Below are positions 55,155 through 64,000 of a DNA stretch of 64,000 nt, in pieces (positions within the stretch are counted from its first letter, which is position 1; each line of letters begins with the position of its first letter). Under the pieces are notes generated by a model. That model made no database searches, was not told where the DNA came from, and worked only from the letters and a program-made list of their open reading frames with translations. This stretch comes from an uncultured Chloroflexia bacterium (GTDB taxonomy: Bacteria > Chloroflexota > Anaerolineae > CG2-30-64-16). Position numbers and translations under genes: made by a program. The stretch covers positions 480,001-544,000 of the forward strand of contig CAWEMM010000007.1 in assembly GCA_963810095.1 (NCBI GenBank), read 5' to 3'.

Positions 55155-55529
55155 CTACAGCGCGCGTGCGAGCGCCATGCCCCCAAATGCGGCGATCAGG
55201 CCGAGCCCGACGTTGCCGAGCAAGTACAGGGTGGCGGGCAACCAGCGGCCGGCCTGTGCCAGGGTCAGTGTCTCCACGGTGAATGACGAGAAGGTGGTGT
55301 ACCCGCCGAGCAGTCCCACGGCGATGAGGTAACGCCAATTGGGCGAGGGGGCGATCCGCTCCGTGACGAGCGCGATGAAGAAGCCGAGGGCGAAGCTCCC
55401 GCTAACGTTGATGATCAGCGTGCCATACGGGAAGCTGGCGCCCCAGCGGCTTGCGGTCCACAGTTGGAGCAGGTAACGCAGGTTCGCGCCTGCGAACCCA
55501 CCCGCACCGATCAGCAAAAACCTGAGCAT
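55155..55529 (-). CDS. crcB: Fluoride channel Fluc
   Basis: GGFAGANLRY, FPYGTLIINVSGSF, GLLGGYTTFSSF. Confidence 0.95.
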   Translation of the reverse strand: MLRFLLIGAGGFAGANLRYLLQLWTASRWGASFPYGTLIINVSGSFALGFFIALVTERIAPSPNWRYLIAVGLLGGYTTFSSFTVETLTLAQAGRWLPATLYLLGNVGLGLIAAFGGMALARAL

Positions 55530-55702
55530 CGCCCCGTCCTCTTTCGGCCCGTGGGGCTCTAGCCGGGCCCCGAGCCGCCCATGCCGGCCGGCCTCTCCGA
55601 GCCCCTGACGTGGTTACGGCTGCACCCGCGCAGAAACCAGACGAGGGGCGTCCCGCGCCGTGTCCGGCTTCGGTGCGCCCCTCGCCCCCATCTTGGCCCG
55701 TG

Positions 55703-55939
55703 TTACTCGCGTGCCCAGCGGATGTCCATGTCGTCCCGGTCGCCCAGCGCCTTCCGCAGCAGCGCCACCAGCGCTGGGTCGAGCTTCTTCTCTTCGAACA
55801 TGTCGACAGTTGCCTGGTTGATGTAGTAGTCGGTGTCTTCCAGCGACTCCTCCTCGAGTTGGCTCATCAGCGTCTGCAGCTGGGTCTCGCTGATGCTGCC
55901 GTAGACCGCGCCGGTCGCTTCGTCGTAGATTTTGATCAT
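55703..55939 (-). CDS. Small acidic hypothetical protein (78 aa)
   Basis: AAGGGGG RBS; MIKIYDEATGAVYGSISETQLQTLMSQLEEESLEDTDYYI...IRW. Confidence 0.7.
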   Translation of the reverse strand: MIKIYDEATGAVYGSISETQLQTLMSQLEEESLEDTDYYINQATVDMFEEKKLDPALVALLRKALGDRDDMDIRWARE

Positions 55940-56121
55940 GGAGCCCCCTTGCGAGCGGTGATTGGTGGCATGCCGGCGGGCCGCAAACCCCCTGAGTCTG
56001 CCGGCCCGCAAAGTCCGGCATAGGTTTACCATAGCTTGGGCCACGACGCAAGCGCCCGCGCCGGGTTCCCCCGCCGCCACGGCGCACCGCCCGCAGGCGC
56101 AGCCCCGCAGGCGCACCGCCC

Positions 56122-59100
56122 CTACGGCTTCAGCACCTCCCAGGTCGCGCCCGCGTCCTTCGTCCGCACCAGCTCGGCGTGCTGCTCGCACACGAACGCC
56201 GGACCAGGGTCGTTCTTGTCACCCCGGCATGTTCCGGACCGGCGCACTGCCCACGCGGTGGGGAATGCTGCGAAGCTGTCTCCATCCCCCGCGCTGCCCG
56301 GCGCCGCGCGCATCGACTTCCCGCCCGGCCCTACCGCCTGGAGCGCCCCGCTCCCCGTATCGACCGCGAACCACACGCCATTCGCGGCCGCGGCCGTGGC
56401 GACCGGCGCGGCCGGCAGCTGCGGCAGTGCGGCCTCGCCCGCCGGCTGCCACGTCGCCCCGCCGTCGGACGTCGTGTAGAACTCCACCCGCGGCCGTCCG
56501 GCATCTGCGACCGTCACCGGAATGGCGCCCCGGCTCGCATCCTGGAAGCTGGGCAAGCCGTAGAGGTACACCCCCGCGCCCGGCGTCCCTCCCGGCAGCC
56601 CGGGCTGGGCCTGCCACGTCGAGCCGCCGTCGTGCGTCACATACAGCTCGTCTCCCGCGCTGCCGCCCGCCACCCAGCCCGTGGCCGGGCTGATGAAGCG
56701 AATTGGGCCGGCGACCGGGATGGCAAGGGGCGCCCAGTTCGCGCCGCCATCGTGCGTCGCGTAGAGCGCGGCCAGGCTGAAAGCGCTGCCCGACGTTAGC
56801 TGCACGCTCAGCCACCCGTTCGACCCGTCGATGAAGCTGAGCGACGCGCCGCCGAGCGCCGGGTCTGCCCACCCGTCCGGCGCCACGGCCACGGTGGACC
56901 ACGTCTGCCCGCCGTCGGCGGTGCGCGCCACCTCGAGCCCCGTCGCCGAGTCGTAAGCCAGCCACCCGTGCTGGGGATCGACGAACTGCGCGGCGCGTAC
57001 GCTGGCGCCCTCTGCAACTTGCGGCGTGATGTCCGCCCAGGTGTCGCCGCCGTCCGCCGACCAGAGCAGCCGGCCGTCGATGACGACCCAGCCCTGATCA
57101 GCCGTGACGAGGCTGGCGTCCAGAATGTCGGGCGTCGCAGGTCAGCGCGCCCGCTGCTGCCGCTGCCCCGGCAACGCGGCTGTGTGTGCCCGCCACGTCC
57201 CCATCCGCGATGTTGCTATCGATGTTCAGCCCGACGCTGCCCCACCACTCCGTGTGGGGCGGCGTGTACTGGAAAATCCGCTGGTGATTCGTCCAGAGCG
57301 TGTTGGGCACGCAACTGCCCGCGTTCCACACCGTGACGCTTGGATCATAGCGCGGCCAGTTCGCCGTCGCGGGCCACGCGTTGTCCGGCACGTTTGCGAT
57401 GGACGCCCAATCGGCGACATAGGAGGCGCATGACGCGCCGTAGCCTCCCGACCGCATGCCGAGCTCACGCAACCGGCCCGCCCAACCCGACATGAACGAA
57501 CTGACCGTATTCCGGCAGCCCGCGTCGCCGGGGAAGGGCGCCAGCGAGTAGTAGATCACGGTGCGGCCCGTGCCCAGCGCGGTGAGGCCCACGGCCCGCG
57601 CGGCGTTGACCGCCGCGTCCGCTTCTGACCGGCCCTGGGCGAACGCGGTGTTCGCGTCGCTGCTCATCCGCGCCAGGCCGCTCGTGTTGCACGGCGCCTG
57701 GGGCCCCACCCACGTCGGAATGAAGTTCCACCCCTGGTTGTGGACCGCCTGCACCCAGCCCGCCGTCAGGGTCTGTTGGTTCCAGTCGTTGCACGCCCGG
57801 CTGATCCCGCCGAGGTAGATGTTGGCCTCGTAGTACGGGCTGCTGTTCCACCACTCCTGCATCTCAGGGGCGAGCGGCAGCCGGCAGGTGTCGAAGGCCG
57901 GCTTGTTGCTCGTGACCACCCCGGAAGCCGTGCTCGCCTGTGTCCAGCTGAACTGGGCGACCGCCTCGCCGGTGTTCTCGTAGTATTCGATCCTGACGTC
58001 GTAATCGCCGGCGGCCAGCGTCCGCGACTGGCGGTATTCGGTGGCAGCCTGCACCCGCCACGCATCGATGAGCAGGCCGCCGTTGAGCCACACGCGCATG
58101 CCGTCGTCTGTGCGCGCGACGAAGGTGGTCGTGCCCGCGTCGAAGTGGAAGCGCCCGGTCCAGCGGGCCGAGAAGTTGTCGTTGCCGATTCCGTTGCCGG
58201 GGCCGTAGATACCCCAGTTATGGCTCAGAGGGGCAGCCTCGCACGTCACGTACGCCGGAGCGCCCGCCAGTTGCTGGTTGTTGAAGTACTCCGCCCGATA
58301 GGCCGGGCACGTGACCACGCTTTGGTCCCACCAGAGCGACACGTTCGCGTCGCCGAGGTTTTCGTAGTAGTCGAGCCTGAGGCTGTGGTTGCCTGCCGTC
58401 AAGTCGCGGTCGACAGTGTACTCGGTGCGCGCCTGGTCGCGCCACTGGTCGATCACAAGGACGCCGTCGAGCCACAAGCGCACCCCGTCGTCGCTTGCCA
58501 CGTGGAAGCGGTAGCGACCCTGTGGGAAGTAGAGGCTGCGGGTCCACCGCGCCGAGAAGTTGTTGTCGGGCACGCTGCCGCCCGGACCGCCCGCGCCCCA
58601 GTTGAAGTTCACGTTGACGTCATTGCGGCACAACACCGGCGCGCCTGCAAGGTCCCGGTTGTTCCAGTACTCGCCCTTCCAGTCGGTGATGGCCGGGCAC
58701 GCGCTGCCCGACAACTGGCTCCACGATAGCGCGACGTTCGCTTCGCCGGTATTTTCGAAGTATTCGACCTTGAGCGCATAGTTGCCGGCCGCAAGGGATA
58801 GGTCCTGCGTGTACTGGGTGCGGCTCTGGATGCGCCACTGGTCGATCACGAGCTGACCGTTGATCCACAGCCGCACGCCGTCGTCGCCGCTGAGGAAGAA
58901 GCGGTAGGTGCCGGCGTTGAAGGTCATCTCGCGGGTCCAGCGCGCCGAGAAGTAATCGTTGTTAACCCCGCCCCCGGGACCGCCCAGGCCCCAATCGAAA
59001 TTCACCGCCGCGTCGTCTCGGCACAGTACGGGCGCGCCCGCCAGGGTCGTATTGTTCCAGTACTCACCGCGCCAGTTCGTGATCGTGGGGCAGGCGGCCG

Positions 59101-59890
59101 CGTTGGCGGCGATGGCGACAGATGTGGTCCGGTCGTTACCCACCGCATCATCGCGCAGGTCCGGGTCGTCCGCCGTGAACTGGCTGCATGCGCCCCCGTA
59201 ACCCGCGTGCTCGCACAAGGTGACGCGGGTGCTTCCTCCGCTGAAGGAGCCGGCGAGCCGGATAGACGACGCGATGTCGTTGAAGCCGGTGGTTGTCAGG
59301 TTATCGACGTTCGTGGTGAAGCGCTGGCAAGCCCCGCCGTAGTTGGTGTGCTCGTACAGGTAGACGCCGTCGCCGATACACGCCGACGCGACGGGCGCGG
59401 GGTTGATGCAGATCGAAGACGCCCGGTCGTTGCCGATGGCATCGTTGCCGAAGTCCGGGTCATCGTACGCAAACTGGCTGGCGACCCCGGCGTAGTACGT
59501 GTGCTCGTAAAGCACTGCGGTGTAACGCCCCGCGTAGCTGCCGGTGAAGCGCAGCGACGAGGCTATGTCGTTGAAACCGATATCGTTGAAGTTGCCATAG
59601 CAGCCCGAGCCGACGAAGCGCACCCACCGGCCGCCATAGCCGGGATGCTCGTACAGGCATACCCCGTCGCCGGCCGAGCATTCGTCGGCAAGCGCGCCGA
59701 TCTGCCAGGCCCCCGCTTCGGACGTCTCCGCGACCGACAGGCCGCTCTGCGCCGGGGCTACCGTCTGAGCGTGGATGGCCGGCGCGGACCACACGCCGGC
59801 CAGGATGACGACTGCGAGCAAGAAGATCGACAGGAGGACGATTGCCGGCACGACTCGGGCGTCGGCGCCGGGGGCAGACTTACGTTCCAT
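56122..59890 (-). CDS. Secreted multidomain protein: beta/gamma-crystallin repeats, 3x PA14, DUF1906 (GH25-like), BNR/Ycf48-like beta-propeller; frameshift near 57135
   Basis: LYEH.Y.G...NDIASS crystallin motifs; FSARWT...DDGVRLW...EYYEN PA14 x3; FDTC...IYLGG...WVGPQAPC...QY...IDSN. The shifted frame reads [11 protein letters not shown]...SADGGDTW into T.DGG.TW repeats. Confidence 0.8.
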
Positions 59891-60354
59891 AGTGGGTTCC
59901 TCCGCTGGCCGCTGCGACTGGCGTCGCAGGCGAAGAAAGCGCCGGACTGCGAGGCGGTCTAGACCCCGCGCCGGCCCCTGGGTGAGAATACGTGTCGCGG
60001 TGTGCCGGGTTGCATGTTGACGAAACGATCGCCGTTCGCTGCGCCGGGCCTGGGCGGCGGCGTTGGGGACAGCGGAGCGCCGGCCGCGTCAACTGCCGTC
60101 AGCATACACCCGCAGGATTGCCGTGTCTAGTAGTTTTGCCTGAGTGACGCCGTCAGTTCGTGGTTGGTTGCATCCAGCGGCGCGGAGGGTCAGTGGCGGC
60201 ACGCGACGCAAGCTCGTTTGCGACTGGTTTAGGCAGAAGTTCCCTGCAGACGGGCCGCTTACGCGTGCCGGCCGGCGGGTCAACCCGCCGGCCGGCACAG
60301 ATGCGTCCCGCTTCAGCCGGCGCCGCGTGGACGCGCGGCGCCGGCACACTGAGC

Positions 60355-63300
60355 CTACCGCCGAATGAGGGGTAGGAACACCGCCGGACCGACCGTGATC
60401 GTCTGTTCGCCGATAACCGTCGTGCCCATCTCGTTCGTAACCTCCACCCGCACGTGGTAGCGGCCGGGTTTGGCGTACGTGTGCCCTGCCTCGGGGTTGG
60501 GGTACGGATTGGTGAATCCGGTGCCGTCGCCGAAGTCCCAGCGATAGGACACGCCCTTGCCGCCGAACTCCGAGCTGATCGCGGCCTTGAACCGTGTCAG
60601 GCCACCCACCTGGTCTGTCGTCGCGGTGATAGTGACCGTGGGCTTGTCCCAGGCCCAACGCAGCGCAGTGCCCAGCAGATCTTCGCGCGTGCTAAAGCCG
60701 GTGTTGTCGTTTACGCCCTCCAGGCCGAAGCCGAAGACCATCGTCTTGCTCTTTGAGATCACGCCCGGCCGCTCCAGCGTCACGCGCTCATTCGTTGCCA
60801 GGGCCACGTAGCCGCTCCCCTTATCGTTGCCCCGGATGCCATACTGCAGCAGCGGCGTCGACTGCGCGCAGTAGTCCGCCGTGTCAGGATCGAAGCAGGC
60901 AGCCGCCAACTCGTCGATGTACGCCTGGTTGCCCGCGCCGTCGCCCCGGTCGCTGATGTCGAAGTTCATGTCCTGGTAGGGGCTCCGCGGCACGCCGGTC
61001 AGGAGCTGCGCGGTGGTGCTGAAGACGGTGTCCGCGTTGATACTGTCCTGCAGGCGTTTGGCGTTCAAGGTCGCGGAGAACAGGAAGGTCGGGTTGCTGG
61101 GCGCGCCCAGAACGCCCGATAGGTCCTGCCCGAAGGCCAGGATCGGCCCGCTTTCGTTCGCATACTCTGTGAGCGCGTCCTGGTCCAGCTGCGTCAGCGG
61201 CGTAGCCACGGTGAACGTGCCGTTCGGCTGGTAGTTGTCGCCCGTCTGCAAGATCACCGCGTCGTACTGCGCCAGGTAGTTGGCGTCGGGGATGGTCATC
61301 GGGTGGTTGAAGTTCGCGTCGGCATCCCAGACGTCATACGAGATGTTCAAGGCCTTGAGCGTCTCGGTGTAATAGTGCGTGTAATCCGTCAGGTCGAGCG
61401 TCTGGCTGGCGTCGTTGTCGATCAGCAGCACCTTGCCCACCTGCGCGTCCGGCGCGTAGCCGACCCGCACCCACACGGGGAAGTGCGCGTCGTGCGTCGG
61501 GCCGTCAAGCACCACAAAGCCCTGCTGGTCACCCGGGCCGCTGGTGGCCGTCGTATCCCACTTGACCACGACCTGCCCGGATGCACCGGGCGCCAGCGTC
61601 AACGTGGGCGGCGTAACCGTCACGCCTGCCAGCGTCGTGGTGCCCGTGAAGCCGCCCCGCGTGTCCAGCGTGCTCACCGCATAGGTCTCGCTGGCCGCGG
61701 CCACGCTGGTCACGGTCACCGTCATCGTGTCCGTCATGCCCATCGTCACCCGGCCAAAGCCGAGGCTGGGCGGGTCCAGGATGACGCCGGGGTCCATCGC
61801 GTGCGTCAAGTCAAGGCGGCCCGCGCCCATCTGCAAGGGCTGCGCCGGCTCGCCGTCCTCGGTATAGATGTCGAGGTACTTTGAGGTGCTCATCAGCGCG
61901 GACTTGATCCAGCGCGGGCGACCACGTCGGGAACTTCTGCTTCATCAGGATGCCCGCACCCGCCACATGGGGTGAGGCCATCGAGGTGCCCGATGCCTCG
62001 CCGTAACCCAGGTGCCGGGCTTCGCCCTCGACACCGGGCGCATAACCCTGGGCCAGGATGTTGACGCCTGGGGCCGTGATGTCGGGCTTGAGGCCGCTGC
62101 CCACCGAGGGCCCTCGGCTGGAGAAGTTGGCGATCACGTCTGGTTCGTTGCCCACCTGGAACGCGACCGTGCTGATCTGAAGCGTTGCGGTGCTGGGATT
62201 GGCGGCGTTCCAATCGAGCAGCGCCACGCCGGCCGTGTGGCCGATGAAGACGCCCGGGATGGTGACCTGCTCGCCTACTGCGCCCGGCCCCATTGCAATG
62301 AGCGAATCGCCGCCTGCCACGCTGTTGTACACGATGAACATCGTAGCGCCCGCCTTCTGCGCGTTCAGCGCCTTGACGCCGAATTCGCAGCTGCCGCGCA
62401 TGATCAGAGCGACCTTGCCGGCGAACGCGCCCGCGGGGAAGGCATTGCATCCCAATTCGTTCCCCGGGTCTACCACGCCTGCCGCGGCATACGGGTATGG
62501 GCCGATCACCTGCCCAAGCGGAATTGGGCCCCCGAAGGATGCCGCCTGGTATGGAATCTTCGTCAGGTTGCCGGGCACGGGCGCGGGTGCTGCAGCCTCG
62601 AGCACCCCGGCCGCATAGCTGCCACCGCTCTGGCTGGCCGCGACCACGATGTAGTCGGTCGAGGGATGGTCAGAGGTCGCCGCGCCGGGGCCCGCGTTGC
62701 CGGCAGACATGCTGACGAACACGTTCGCCGCGACTGCGTTCTGCAGGGCCGCGTCCAGTGCGTCGAACTGGCCGCCGAGCGAATACGGTCCACCGCCCCA
62801 GGAGTTGTTGATGACGTCCGCACCGTCGGCCACCGCATCTTCGAGCGCCTTGATGCCTTCCGCGTTATAGAAGGACTGGTTGCCCGTGATGCTGTTGTAA
62901 AACACCTTGTAGCTCATCACGTACGCCCTCGGCGCGACGCCCTCCAGCGTGACCGGCGGTGCGCCCAGGTAGCTCGCCGTGACCTTGTTGCCCGCCGCGG
63001 TCGAGCTGGTATGCGTGCCGTGCGAGATGCCGCTGGCGCCCGGCCAAGGTTGGGCGTCGTCGGGAGCCGGTGGGTCCCAGGTGCGGAAGTACGTGCGCGC
63101 GACGATGATCTTCCCGTTCGTGTTGCGCGTGTCGCCCTTGGGGAAGCCGGGCGGGTAGGTGTAGCCCGCGCCGCTGAACATCGGCGCGTCTTTGTGCACG
63201 CCCGAGTCGACGGACGCGAACTTCATGCCCTTGCCCGCGTTTGCCTCGCCGCCCAGTGCGGCCCAGGCCGCGGGAGCGTTGATAAGCGGGATGCTCTTGT

Positions 63301-63784
63301 AAAGGTCGGGCTGGTGCGCGTAGTCCTTCGACACGCGGCGCACATTGGGCAACTGGCGCAGCTGCCGCTCGAACGCCTCCACATTGGCGTTCGGTCCGGC
63401 GTCGACTGCCATGCCGTTTAGCAGGATCTGGTACGTCTCGGGGACTGCGGCGCCCCGTTCATTGAGGAATGTCGCAACTTGTGCGCTGGGGACGGCGGCT
63501 TGCAGGGCCGTCACGAACTGCGCTTGCTCCGCCTGCAGCCGCTGGATATAGGCTTGCGCAGAGGGCGAAGCGATGTCCAGCCTGCCGCCACCCGCGGCCG
63601 CCGCGGAAATGCCCTGCGCCTGCACGAGCGGCGGCGAGGTCAGCTCGACGATCAGCCGGTGGGAGTAGGCCGGCGTCTGCGCCGGCGGACCGTCGGTGAC
63701 AATGACTTGGGCAGATGCCGCGGCTGGCCAGGCCAGCGCAGCAACCAGGACCAACAGCAACCAGAGCGAACGACGTCGATTCAT
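60355..63784 (-). CDS. Secreted S8 subtilase with I9 propeptide, PA domain and C-terminal PKD domain; frameshift near 61905
   Basis: Triad VDSG / HGTHTSS / GTSMASPH; oxyanion SAGNAG; PA domain ALIMRGSCEFGVK; PKD YRWDFGDG; ends VFLPLIRR. Confidence 0.9.
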
Positions 63785-64000
63785 CTCGGTACCATCCTCT
63801 CAATCCCGTATAGTGAACACTCGGGTACTTGCACGTGCGTAGACCCGCCTCCTTCCCGCGCACCGGCCCGCTCAGGGCGCAGGCCCAGGGTCGGAACTGC
63901 TAACATTGCCCGGCACGAGTCTCTTCGGGGGGTCTTGCTCATATGGAGTTACTGCATCAGTTGATCGTGGAGGAACACCTCCTTTCAATCGGAGCCACGG

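Noticed and set aside
55530-55700. Fluoride riboswitch upstream of crcB
   Set aside because: Only GGGGCTC/GAGCCCC and GAGGGGCG/CGCCCCTC hairpins are present; the GGCGAUGG...CUGAUG consensus is not found on the sense strand. A cmsearch would settle it.

Overview
High-GC bacterial chromosomal window. The gene content, the [F/Y]LP[L/V][I/V] motifs on secreted proteins and the REP-like repeats suggest Chloroflexota/Anaerolineae (inference). It holds mostly accessory and housekeeping genes: two S8 proteases, GH26 and GH13 glycosidases, a type IIG restriction-modification enzyme, MFS/TetR, a desaturase, a caspase-STAND-WD40 receptor, a GT39, oxidoreductases, a LysM L,D-transpeptidase, fluC/crcB and a probable 6S RNA. 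About a dozen genes are split by single-base frameshifts, most likely assembly indels. The standout is a compact ~9.5 kb minus-strand operon (19963-29421): small regulator, LuxR-type HTH, small and large terminase, portal, fused protease/scaffold/major capsid, decoration-like proteins, adaptor, a fibre-like protein and a CHAT (caspase-like) protease. It has no recognisable integrase, replication, tail-tube/tape-measure or lysis genes, and host palindromic repeats fill most of its intergenic gaps. It is a candidate domesticated capsid/DNA-packaging (GTA-like) system. Palindromic repeats are also inserted in-frame inside two protein genes. All family calls come from motif recognition by eye; no database searches were run.
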